NCBI GenBank assembly: GCA_964393065.1
Contig: CAYMRY010000001.1
Location: 1 to 51,072, forward strand
Reading direction: 5' to 3'
DNA from: an uncultured Candidatus Saccharibacteria bacterium
GTDB lineage: Bacteria > Patescibacteriota > Minisyncoccia > Phycocordibacterales > UBA2100
DNA: 51,072 nucleotides
The notes beneath the pieces are model-generated. The model had not been told where the DNA came from and searched no databases. It was given only the letters and a program-made list of their open reading frames with translations. Shown in pieces: positions 8,289 to 16,802 of this stretch. Made by a program: the position numbers and the translations under genes. The number at the start of each line of letters is the position of its first letter. Position 1 is the first letter of the stretch.

Positions 8289-9272
8289 CTACGACGTGGG
8301 TGTGCGCGGATCTGCGGCAAGACAGGTGCGAATATTTGCAATACTCGTTTCCAGAATTTTTGCTTTTGCTTCTTTTGTATTGTATGCGACGTGCGGGGTC
8401 ATTATGACATTTGGCATGGTAAGAAGCGCGGCAGCTGCCCGTGCCTCCTCTGATTGTGGTGTGTCCCCCGTATGAGTTCCAAAAAGCTCGTGTTCTCCTT
8501 CAAACACATCGAGCCCGGCTCCCCCGATGTGACCGCTCTCAAGTGCAGACTTAAGTGCGATGGTATCAATGACGCCGCCGCGCGAAGTATTGATGATCAC
8601 CGCACCCTGTTTGCACTGTGCGAGACGCTCCGCATTAAAAAGATGCGCGGTACTCTCAAGAAGCGGCACATGGATCGAAAGCACATCAGCGCGTGTGATA
8701 CAGGTATCAAGCGGCACATAGGTCGATTGAATCTCGTTTGCAAATGCAGCGTCTTCGGACACATCGTATAAAAGCACTGTCATCCCGAGAGCCTTGCCGT
8801 ACCGCGCAAGATTTTTTCCAATTTTCCCCGTGCCGATTACCGCAAGCGTTTTCCCACACAAATCGAATCCCTCCGATGCGACTACGTCCACAGTTCTTGC
8901 ATCGCGCAGTTTCTGATATGCAGGAAACGCTTTTCGAGACAGTGCAAGCATGAGCGCGAGTGCAAATTCGGCGACAGTATTGGTTCCGTATCCTGCGACG
9001 CTCATAACGGGAATCGAACGCTCTTTCGCTGCGACCGTATCGATATGATCGAGTCCCATTGACCGCGCGGCGATTCCACGCAATTCAGGAAGCGCCTGAA
9101 TATGTTCGCGTGTTACCTTGGACCCCACAAACACCGAAAGTACCGCAGTATCAATCGGGAGGACCGTGGTATCAGTAATTTTCGCATCAAGAAAGGTGAG
9201 CGAATGCTCACTGAGTTCGCGCTCGATTATGGCTTTCTCGCTCGCGAGTAGTTCATCAAAGACAATGCGCAT
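8289..9272 (-). CDS. D-isomer-specific 2-hydroxyacid dehydrogenase (glycerate/hydroxypyruvate/lactate type)
   Basis: 327 aa with Rossmann motif GKTLAVIGTGKIGKNLA and a catalytic-domain pattern (NTSRGGVID, MTPHVAY). Confidence 0.75.
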   Translation of the reverse strand: MRIVFDELLASEKAIIERELSEHSLTFLDAKITDTTVLPIDTAVLSVFVGSKVTREHIQALPELRGIAARSMGLDHIDTVAAKERSIPVMSVAGYGTNTVAEFALALMLALSRKAFPAYQKLRDARTVDVVASEGFDLCGKTLAVIGTGKIGKNLARYGKALGMTVLLYDVSEDAAFANEIQSTYVPLDTCITRADVLSIHVPLLESTAHLFNAERLAQCKQGAVIINTSRGGVIDTIALKSALESGHIGGAGLDVFEGEHELFGTHTGDTPQSEEARAAAALLTMPNVIMTPHVAYNTKEAKAKILETSIANIRTCLAADPRTPTS

Positions 9273-9278
9273 AGCTAT

Positions 9279-9794
9279 TTAGAGAACTTCGAGATTAGTC
9301 TCAACGGAATTCCCCGGAGAGGCGAGACACTGCCCCAATTCGGGAGTCATTGTCCATCCACATGATCCATTGCGCTGAACCTCACACTTCGCTTCTTTGT
9401 AACACGCGTATTCTGTTCGAAATTCACACGTCGTAACAATAGAACTCGCCTCTTCACTTGATACACAGAGTTGTCCGCTACAGCCGGCAACAGCGCAGGA
9501 AGTTGCACGCATTGAGCCAGTTGATTGAGAAGACGGTGGCTCATTGTTCGACGGTACGGTGTTTTCAGGTTGAATTGGCTCGATAAAGAGCTGACCATCG
9601 GAAGAGCGGCACTGGCGCGGATACGATTCCATAACAGGATTACCGGCAGCGACGCACTCATCGAAATTTGCGATCTGGAGGGGCGGTGTGATCGAATCCA
9701 GTTGAATGCGTGGTGTCGACTCTATGATAACGAGCGCGACAACGGCAAGGACGCCAGCGCTGAGGAGTAGTCCAATAATTTTTAAGGATTGCAT
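9279..9794 (-). CDS. membrane-anchored or secreted Cys-rich protein, hypothetical
   Basis: 171 aa with an N-terminal hydrophobic helix and a C-terminal cysteine-rich module (CAVAGCSGQLC ... CEFRTEYACYKEAKCEVQRNGSCGW). Confidence 0.45.
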   Translation of the reverse strand: MQSLKIIGLLLSAGVLAVVALVIIESTPRIQLDSITPPLQIANFDECVAAGNPVMESYPRQCRSSDGQLFIEPIQPENTVPSNNEPPSSQSTGSMRATSCAVAGCSGQLCVSSEEASSIVTTCEFRTEYACYKEAKCEVQRNGSCGWTMTPELGQCLASPGNSVETNLEVL

Positions 9795-9923
9795 GTGAGT
9801 ATTCTAACAACAGTGTGGGCTCTTGAATATAGTGATAGGTGCAAATCTGTGGTGTTCGTGGACTCGATGCGGTAAATCCCCAGTCGGTACCCTATTATTC
9901 GTTGCATCGCGTATACTGAGGGG

Positions 9924-12536
9924 ATGCAAGAAGAGCGCATTTTTCCCGCGTGGTCTTTGGATAGTGCGGAAGTGCTACACATTCTGGAGTCATCCACCCG
10001 TGGCCTTTCAGAAAATGACGCCCAATTGAGAGGACGCCATTTCGGACCGAATACGCTTCCGCAAAAGCCGCGCTTTACCATAGTAAGTTTGCTCTTGCGT
10101 CAGTTTGTTTCTCCTCTTATTTTTATTCTCTTTGCGGCAGCACTTCTTACGACAATCCTCGGGGAAACCGTGGAAACTGTCGTAATACTTTTTGCGATTT
10201 TGGTGAATGCACTCCTTGGTTTCTATCAAGAGTATCGGGCAGAAAATGCGCTTGAAAAGCTGACAACCTATATTCGCGAACGCGCGCACGTGATTCGCGA
10301 TGGTGTTGAACAAGAGGTCGATTCAGCAGTTCTCGTGCCCGGCGATGTGATACGCCTCAGCTACGGCTCTCGCGTACCTGCAGACGCGCGTCTAATTGAG
10401 GTTAACGCCCTTTCTTGTGATGAAGCGGTTCTCACCGGCGAGTCCCTACCCGTCCATAAACAGGTAGAGACTCTCTCTGAGGCACTCGCGGCGCCTGAGA
10501 GAACCAACATGGTACACGCGGGAACCATGGTGGTAGAAGGTTCTGGCATTGCAATCGTTACAGCCACCGATTCTAAGACCGAAATTGGACGCATCGCACT
10601 CTTGGTGTCCTCGACGCACGATGCCGCGACGCCACTTCAGAAAGCACTTTCGCGCATGTCGTGGTATCTCTTTGTAGGCATCGCCGTCCTCGTCGTTATT
10701 ATATTCTTCCTTGGAATCCTTCGCGGCGAGGAACTCTTCGACATGCTCCTTATGGCTGCAGCGATTGCAGTTGGTGCGGTTCCCGAGGCACTTCCCATTG
10801 CACTCACCGTTATTCTCGCTGTCGGCGTCGAGAGGCTCGCTCGGCACAAGGGAGTCATTCGCAATTTGTCTGCGGCCGAGACGCTTGGTTCTGCGACGGT
10901 GGTGATGACTGATAAAACCGGAACGCTCACGGAAGCAAACATGCGCCTCGTAACCATCGTTCCGTTGCAGCAACTTCTCGCTCTCAACGCAACGGAGCTT
11001 CGCCCTCTTGAGTCCCCCACCTCCCTTGCAATTCTGAAGCACGCGCTCTGGGGAACTGACGTCACTATAGAGAATCGCGAGGAAGAGATGCCTTCTTGGC
11101 GGTTCGCCGGAAGGCCGTTTGAAGTCAGTATTATGCGGGCAGCGCGCGACCTTGGCGTCGATGTGACGCCTTATTTCCACGAGCGCCATGCGCCACTTCT
11201 TGTTTTTAATTCGACAAATAAATTCTCCATCGTCGCTGGTGTCGGTAATGAGCGATTTGTCATTGGAGCGCCCGATATATTACTTGCACGTTCGGATATC
11301 AGTAAGGATGATTTTCTCCTAGCAGAAGCGGCGATCCACGAAACGAGCGCCGCAGGAAATCGCCTTCTCGGTGTTGCGCGTCTGAGGAATCATGCGCACC
11401 CAGACGCAAAAACGCTCGATGCTGAAGATGCGGTTAATCTTGAATTTATCGGCATGCTCGTCTTTCGTGATCCTATTCGTCATGATGCGGCGGCTGCGGT
11501 ACAGAAAATAGAGTCACTCGGTGCGCGAGTCGTTATGCTCACCGGAGATCTAAAAGGCACCGCACTTTCCGTCGCGCGGGAGCTTGGGTGGGACGTCAAT
11601 GAAGGCAATGTTCTCACTGGCGCGGATCTCCGACAACTCTCTGATGAGGCCTTGCACGAGTCACTCCCTCATATCAAAATATTTGCGCGTGTAACTCCGG
11701 AAGACAAGCTCCGTATCGGACTTTTATACAAGTCGCGCGGTGAAGTTGTCGCAATGACCGGTGATGGCGTGAACGATGCGCCTTCTTTAAAGGCCGTTGA
11801 TATTGGCGTTGCGCTTGGATCAGGATCAGATGTTGCGAAAAGTGTGGCAGATTTAGTGATTCTTGACGATAATTTCAAAACCATCGTAGCGGCCATCGAA
11901 GAAGGCCGTCGTATTCTTGAGAACGTACGTAAGGTATTTGTCTATCTTGTCTCGACCTGTTTGGGTGAGGTGTTTCTCATCGGCGGGAGCCTCCTTATGG
12001 GACTCCCCCTTCCGCTTACGGCACTGCAAATTATTTGGGTCAATTTCTTCTCAGATAGTCTTCCCGCACTTTCATTTGCCTTTGATCGCCATTATCGATC
12101 AGAAAAAGAAGCGCGCGGTAGCACGGCTATTTTCTCACCGAGTGTAACTATATTGACGGTGGGTATTGGTTTTCTGAGTTCGCTCTGTCTATTTCTTCTC
12201 TACTGGTTCCTTCTTTATCGAGGGCTCTCGGTAGAACACGCGCGCACGACGCTCTTCCTATGCTTCTCTCTCTACGTTCTTGTGATTGCGTTCTCGTTGC
12301 GACACCTGCACGTCCCTTTCTACACGAAGGGTCTATTTTCCAACCTTTGGCTAACAATCAGTGTCATCGTTGGATCGCTATTGACCGGTATGACTGTGCT
12401 CATTCCATGGCTCCGCGAACTTTTCGGACTCTCCATAATTCCGCTTTCCTATCTCGCCATTGTCGCACTGTGGCTCATCTTTATAGTACTTCTTGTGGAA
12501 TGTGCTAAATGGATTGCGCTTCGGTTTGCGCGATAA
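9924..12536 (+). CDS. cation-transporting P-type ATPase (type II-like)
   Basis: 870 aa with the DKTGTLT phosphorylation motif, the TGDGVNDAP hinge, TGES, and about ten hydrophobic segments. Confidence 0.9.
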   Translation: MQEERIFPAWSLDSAEVLHILESSTRGLSENDAQLRGRHFGPNTLPQKPRFTIVSLLLRQFVSPLIFILFAAALLTTILGETVETVVILFAILVNALLGFYQEYRAENALEKLTTYIRERAHVIRDGVEQEVDSAVLVPGDVIRLSYGSRVPADARLIEVNALSCDEAVLTGESLPVHKQVETLSEALAAPERTNMVHAGTMVVEGSGIAIVTATDSKTEIGRIALLVSSTHDAATPLQKALSRMSWYLFVGIAVLVVIIFFLGILRGEELFDMLLMAAAIAVGAVPEALPIALTVILAVGVERLARHKGVIRNLSAAETLGSATVVMTDKTGTLTEANMRLVTIVPLQQLLALNATELRPLESPTSLAILKHALWGTDVTIENREEEMPSWRFAGRPFEVSIMRAARDLGVDVTPYFHERHAPLLVFNSTNKFSIVAGVGNERFVIGAPDILLARSDISKDDFLLAEAAIHETSAAGNRLLGVARLRNHAHPDAKTLDAEDAVNLEFIGMLVFRDPIRHDAAAAVQKIESLGARVVMLTGDLKGTALSVARELGWDVNEGNVLTGADLRQLSDEALHESLPHIKIFARVTPEDKLRIGLLYKSRGEVVAMTGDGVNDAPSLKAVDIGVALGSGSDVAKSVADLVILDDNFKTIVAAIEEGRRILENVRKVFVYLVSTCLGEVFLIGGSLLMGLPLPLTALQIIWVNFFSDSLPALSFAFDRHYRSEKEARGSTAIFSPSVTILTVGIGFLSSLCLFLLYWFLLYRGLSVEHARTTLFLCFSLYVLVIAFSLRHLHVPFYTKGLFSNLWLTISVIVGSLLTGMTVLIPWLRELFGLSIIPLSYLAIVALWLIFIVLLVECAKWIALRFAR

Positions 12537-12606
12537 CCGCTCTTGCATAAACCCCAAAGACTGATAGCGTGTCGAGAGATTGAACATATGGCTAAGAGGA
12601 GGTGTC

Positions 12607-13218
12607 ATGACCACTAAGCGACGCACGGTAGATCCCCTTTCACGCGATCCTGCAATGATTGAAAAAACATACCAACTTTCTCGCAAAACGCGGGTGATGT
12701 TAGGACGCGTAAAGTACATACTTTCTGCTCGTGAAATCGCTGATAAACTTTCGCGAGTGAGGAAGCGCCCAGTCACCATACATCAGGTTACAGTGCTGTG
12801 GCACTCCTACGGACAAGGTCGTGAGGGATTTGTCCAAGAAGTGAAGCGAAGAAAAAAAAATAGAGAACCCCTGCTCTTACTCACTCATACAGAGCGACAA
12901 AAGCAACATTCTCTTGTCACGCCATTTGCTATGCAAAAATCCTCAGCGAAGGAGCAATCACATACGGCAATCAGCAACGACCTCGAGGACGCTTTATGGC
13001 TTCGCGTTGCCGATTCCCTCATGCGAAAGGGTGGAAGTATGAACTTCGCAATACGCGATAGAGCACTGCCTTTTACTGATAAGGAGTTGCGACAGCTCAT
13101 TATTAAGAAATACCAGACAATGGAGCGTTTCTTTTCTCAGTGGGGAGCAAAGGTTCATGAAGAGCGCAGACGGCTCAGATTGGATTACATTCCAAATCTC
13201 AACGACGGCACCGGATAG
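12607..13218 (+). CDS. basic hypothetical protein
   Basis: ATG at 12607 is preceded by aggagg at good spacing (the ORF track starts at an upstream TTG, 12580). No family recognised. Followed by an intrinsic terminator. Confidence 0.5.
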   Translation: MTTKRRTVDPLSRDPAMIEKTYQLSRKTRVMLGRVKYILSAREIADKLSRVRKRPVTIHQVTVLWHSYGQGREGFVQEVKRRKKNREPLLLLTHTERQKQHSLVTPFAMQKSSAKEQSHTAISNDLEDALWLRVADSLMRKGGSMNFAIRDRALPFTDKELRQLIIKKYQTMERFFSQWGAKVHEERRRLRLDYIPNLNDGTG

Positions 13219-13231
13219 GTGCCGTTTTTTT
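13205..13231 (+). terminator. rho-independent terminator
   Basis: Stem acggcacc / ggtgccgt, loop ggata, followed by a T7 run. Overlaps the stop codon of 12607..13218. Confidence 0.75.
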
Positions 13232-13269
13232 GAACTAGCAGTATGAATACTATGCTTTATCTTTATTGG

Positions 13270-13429
13270 AAGGACGGCGAGAATACCTCGCGGCTCTGCC
13301 GCGAGGATGAATCGCCGCCAATTGATTTGAGCGCCCGGTGGGCGCTCATCTTCCAACAAAAACGCCACGGTAGTCGCTCGCGAATACCCCGACCCTTGGG
13401 TCGGGGATCGACGAGCGACTCGTTTTTAT
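13270..13429 (-). repeat. tRNA-trailing structured element, degenerate copy Pro-C
   Basis: In tRNA sense: long H1 (agtcgctcg...ccccgaccc-aa-gggtcgggg...cgagcgact), a hairpin gagcgcc/ggcgctc, TGGCGGCGAT, then H2-like cctcgcgg-cagag-ccgcgagg (plus 13286-13306). No clear H3. Confidence 0.4.
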
Positions 13430-13454
13430 TCGGGCGGACGAGAATCGAACTCGT
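13430..13454 (-). repeat. orphan tRNA 3' fragment (T arm plus acceptor 3' strand) from a different tRNA
   Basis: Minus strand reads acgag-ttcgatt-ctcgt-ccgcccg-a. No matching 5' half nearby. The implied C1-G72 pair and A73 fit a tRNA-Pro isoacceptor (inference). Confidence 0.7.
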
Positions 13455-13475
13455 TTTACATCTTTCAATACTTTT

Positions 13476-13493
13476 TCGGGATACTGGGAGTCG
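13476..13493 (-). repeat. 18-nt exact copy of the tRNA-Pro 3' end
   Basis: tcgggatactgggagtcg is identical to 13642-13659. Confidence 0.9.
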
Positions 13494-13641
13494 GTCAGGG
13501 ATACATTTTTCGCCGTCGCTCAAAATGTTCCCCGACCCGGGCTCGCGGTTTCGCGTGCTCGCGAAACATCGCTCCGCCTTTCGCCTCCCTCGAAGAATGT
13601 GCGAAGGCACATTCTTCGTATCCGCACTCGCTTCTCTCGTG
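13494..13641 (-). repeat. tRNA-trailing structured element, copy Pro-B
   Basis: In tRNA sense: gcggatac, H1 gaagaatgtgc/gcacattcttc, gagggaggcg, AAA-GGCGGAG, H2 gtttcgcg-agca-cgcgaaac (plus 13548-13567), CGCGAGCC, then H3 ggtcgggga...gcgacggc...tccctgacc. Confidence 0.7.
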
Positions 13642-13713
13642 TCGGGATACTGGGAGTCGAACCCAGCGTCTCTTGCACCCCATGCAAGCGTGTTGCCGCT
13701 ACACTATATCCCG
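13642..13713 (-). tRNA. tRNA-Pro (anticodon GGG)
   Basis: 72-nt cloverleaf: acceptor CGGGATA/TATCCCG, D arm GTGT-AGCGGCA-ACAC, anticodon arm CTTGC-ATGGGGT-GCAAG (G37), T arm CTGGG-TTCGACT-CCCAG, discriminator A. CCA is not encoded. Confidence 0.88.
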
Positions 13714-13888
13714 AAAAAGTATTGAAAGCCGGGGGTAAAATGGTCCCACACGACATCATTTTGCCCGTTTTTTCGATATATCGCAAAGAAGTGTGCGATA
13801 TGTTTGCGAAAAACGCCCAGCCATGCGTACAGTAGGTCAACTACGGCCCGGTAGCATAAAGTATAGCGAGACTTATGTTTCGCGTACA

Positions 13889-15289
13889 CTACCAGCCAAA
13901 CAATTTCCCAACATCCTCTGGCATCTCGCGTTTTCGCGCCACCTTGATTTCCCCATTACTTGCGACCAGCTTTGCGGGTGATGAAAGTAGGCAATGATGC
14001 GATGCAAGCGGGTCTTGATACGCGCCCGTATCGAGAATTGCGATGTAGAGTTCCTCTACGTTCTCCAGTTTAGGAAGAAGGATGTGCGTACCACCCGCCG
14101 TGTACTTATCATCACTGTCACACGACGATCCGGCGAGCCACACCTTGTTAAATTTCTTCGCGTGTAGTCCATTGACTGGCACCACGTGCCACTTCTGATG
14201 GATTGCCCACGTATCGATAAGATCATTCATAAAACTGCCATCGATTACGTACCAGACTTTATCGCTTTTCGTCTCGATTGTTTTCTCCGCAAGGATTTTG
14301 TAGAGCGTAATTTGCGCGGGCGCTGCAACATATCTTCCCCACTCCACAATAAGGTTTGGATGCTTCACTTCGCGCTTATCGCAGTGCGTTTTTGCGGTTT
14401 TGACAAGGCGCTGAATCAGATTCTTGCCCGTGTACATGCGCTTCTTGTCGTACGGAACGGCAGCACCTCCTCCCATGTCGATAGTATCGAGGCCGGTATT
14501 TTTCTCGCGTAGCTTTGCGTACAAATCTATAGCGCGCTTGAGCGCGGTTGCAAAACCCTCAACAGATTCTATCTGACTTGAGATATGGTAATGCAAGATT
14601 GAGAGATTGCGGACACGGCCTAGTTTCAACAGTTCGTCTTCCGTAAAACCAAAACGATTGAATTTCTTATCCCAGTGACTACGAATCTTAATGTTTAAAT
14701 TAACGCGGATACCAACAGGTCCGTTAAACTTCTTCATGCGTTCCAGTTCCACGTAATCTTCAATGATCGGGACGACATGGAGACCCTTCTCGCGCAGCTC
14801 CTCGATAAGCTCCATATATTTTGGTGTCTTTGGGCCGTTGCAGGTGACGCGAATCCTGTTATTGAAGCGATTCTGCTCGATCATGCGCTTCACCAAGAAG
14901 AGCTCATTCGCACTCGCGACATCAAGATTCGCGCCTTCGGCAACTGCGGGTAACACGAATTCGCGATTTTGATTGACCTTCATCGGATAGTGGTAGTGAA
15001 ATTTACCCTTGTAGGAGAGGATTTTGATGTAGGCATTAAACGTATCGATGAGATCACGCACGCGATTCTCGATGATCGTGGGAAACATGACTTCGGTCGA
15101 AGTTCCGTACTTTTTGACGATATTGAAGATGTCGTACTGGTAGTTTCCCTCGCGCACGATGAGTTGGCCCTCGCTATCGATATCAAAGGGTGCAGTATTA
15201 AATTCCTCGATACCGAGTTTCCAAAATTTCCTATGACCGTTGCGTTTCTTCTTTTTCGGAGCTGTAGCCATGCGCGTCATTTTTGACAA
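13889..15289 (-). CDS. speA: PLP-dependent arginine decarboxylase-like enzyme (Orn/DAP/Arg decarboxylase fold)
   Basis: 466 aa. YPMKVNQN (PLP-Lys region), GANLDVASANE and DMGGGAAVPY resemble SpeA-type group IV decarboxylases. Shorter than classical SpeA. Confidence 0.6.
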   Translation of the reverse strand: MSKMTRMATAPKKKKRNGHRKFWKLGIEEFNTAPFDIDSEGQLIVREGNYQYDIFNIVKKYGTSTEVMFPTIIENRVRDLIDTFNAYIKILSYKGKFHYHYPMKVNQNREFVLPAVAEGANLDVASANELFLVKRMIEQNRFNNRIRVTCNGPKTPKYMELIEELREKGLHVVPIIEDYVELERMKKFNGPVGIRVNLNIKIRSHWDKKFNRFGFTEDELLKLGRVRNLSILHYHISSQIESVEGFATALKRAIDLYAKLREKNTGLDTIDMGGGAAVPYDKKRMYTGKNLIQRLVKTAKTHCDKREVKHPNLIVEWGRYVAAPAQITLYKILAEKTIETKSDKVWYVIDGSFMNDLIDTWAIHQKWHVVPVNGLHAKKFNKVWLAGSSCDSDDKYTAGGTHILLPKLENVEELYIAILDTGAYQDPLASHHCLLSSPAKLVASNGEIKVARKREMPEDVGKLFGW

Positions 15290-15378
15290 CTCGGCAAGAA
15301 TACCATCTTTTGCGCAGATTGCGAGTTCTTTAAAAAATGCCCCGCACCGAGAAGTTGGTGCGGGGCTTCTCTGCGGGG

Positions 15379-16185
15379 TTATCCGAACAGGCGATCGATG
15401 TCTTCACGAAGAGACTTCAGCTTGTCGACACTAAGATACTGCGGCGCGACCTCGGGCGTGACAACACCGCTCCAGCCGCTACTGCGTACCTGCGCGACAA
15501 ACTCTTTGAGAGGAAATATGCCGGTGCCGGGATACACGTTCCGTCCTCTTGACGCACCGAGCTTCGGGTTGAAATCGTTCAGATGTATTTCGACGACGCG
15601 TGGGCGCAGGGTGTTCCACAGTCCTACGATCGTGCTTGAGATTGTGTCTGCGTCGCTCGGAAGACCTTCTACATTCTGCACGTTGAAGTACCACTCGAGT
15701 ACATGCTGTGTATCAAAGACAACTGGCTTAGACCACGCCAACACAGCTGTCGCGAATTTTGTATAGGGCCTCGCGTATGTAGTACCCCGATGTTCGCTCG
15801 CCGTTTGATACAAATAGTTCGGCTGATCAGGAGTCATCACAGCGTGATTACCGTACACGACGACCGGATCATCCCCAACGTCTTTGAACTGTTCTTTTGG
15901 TAGCTGATTGTTAGGAACAAGTTGCCCTAGCAGTCCGAGAAACGTATTGAACACATTCCTCTGTCCGGTAAGTTGTGACCAGCCCTGATGGAATCGGAGC
16001 TTGAGTCCTAGGTCTCGTGTCGCTTCTCGAATCACACGAACTCGCGCAGAATCACGCAGTCCTCCAATGAGATGGCACTCGACGCCATCAAATCCTGCTT
16101 CCTTTATTTGCGGCAACGAGGCCGGCATCGTCTTCCAGAGCACTTCTACATAGGGTAGGAATACCTGTACCACGTCAACCTCCAC
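15379..16185 (-). CDS. xylose isomerase-like TIM-barrel protein (sugar phosphate isomerase/epimerase family)
   Basis: 268 aa. EAGFDGVECHL and the overall beta/alpha pattern resemble the AP endonuclease 2 / xylose isomerase-like barrel. Weak call. Confidence 0.4.
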   Translation of the reverse strand: MEVDVVQVFLPYVEVLWKTMPASLPQIKEAGFDGVECHLIGGLRDSARVRVIREATRDLGLKLRFHQGWSQLTGQRNVFNTFLGLLGQLVPNNQLPKEQFKDVGDDPVVVYGNHAVMTPDQPNYLYQTASEHRGTTYARPYTKFATAVLAWSKPVVFDTQHVLEWYFNVQNVEGLPSDADTISSTIVGLWNTLRPRVVEIHLNDFNPKLGASRGRNVYPGTGIFPLKEFVAQVRSSGWSGVVTPEVAPQYLSVDKLKSLREDIDRLFG

Positions 16186-16262
16186 TCTTTGAGATCAAGA
16201 TTCCCAGCGCAGTTGTATCACACTGTCGGTGCGCTCACAATCGTACGCAAAGAGACAAAAAA

Positions 16263-16736
16263 TTACTTTATCCCCACAATCTTATACTTCTGTGCGCCTT
16301 TTGGTGTTTGAAATGAAAACGCTTCCCCTTTCTTTTTGCCCATAAGAGCGGAACCAAGTGGTGAAAGATGCGAGATTTTGTGTTCCTGCATGTTCGCCTC
16401 TGCAGAACCTACTACCTCATAGGTAAGCTCGTCTTTTTCGCCTTGTTTTTGTATGGTGACAAACGATCCAAGAGAAACGGCATTTCCTTTGTGGTGTTCA
16501 ATAATGCGCGCACGTGCAAGCTGCTCTTCGATTTGACGAATGCGATCTTCGGTAGCCGCCTGCATATTACGTGCTTCTTCGTATTCGGCGTTCTCCGATA
16601 AATCGCCGAGTGAGCGTGCATACTCAAGTTGCTCCGCGATTTCGCGTCGTCGAAACGTCTTGAGATGTTCCAATTCCTTGGTTAGTTCGTCAAATTTCTC
16701 CTGCGAGAGGTACGTGTTGTCGTCGTTGATCATCAT
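16263..16736 (-). CDS. greA: transcription elongation factor GreA
   Basis: 157 aa. The coiled-coil N-domain has GDLSENAEYEEAR, and a C-terminal FKBP-like domain (ISHLSPLGSALMGKKKGE) follows. Confidence 0.9.
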   Translation of the reverse strand: MMINDDNTYLSQEKFDELTKELEHLKTFRRREIAEQLEYARSLGDLSENAEYEEARNMQAATEDRIRQIEEQLARARIIEHHKGNAVSLGSFVTIQKQGEKDELTYEVVGSAEANMQEHKISHLSPLGSALMGKKKGEAFSFQTPKGAQKYKIVGIK

Positions 16737-16802
16737 AATAGGTTAGTGAGATTTCTGTTGAGCACGCGTATTGTATCCTGCCTGGATTTTAGCGCAAGGT
16801 GA

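Noticed and set aside
13476-13659. Reading the element as a T-loop intron, with the downstream 18-nt copy serving as the true 3' exon.
   Set aside because: The upstream tRNA is already complete and contiguous. The repeated block would make the splice sites ambiguous, and the same element also occurs (Ala-B) without a following tRNA fragment.
13243-13840. ORF-track entries overlapping the elements (13243..13725+, 13263..13610-, 13520..13840-, and likewise 4597..4833-, 4712..5134+, 46589..46867+).
   Set aside because: They overlap each other and the tRNA genes. Differences between element copies are compensatory within stems, not synonymous or codon-like. No start-site signals or family resemblance.
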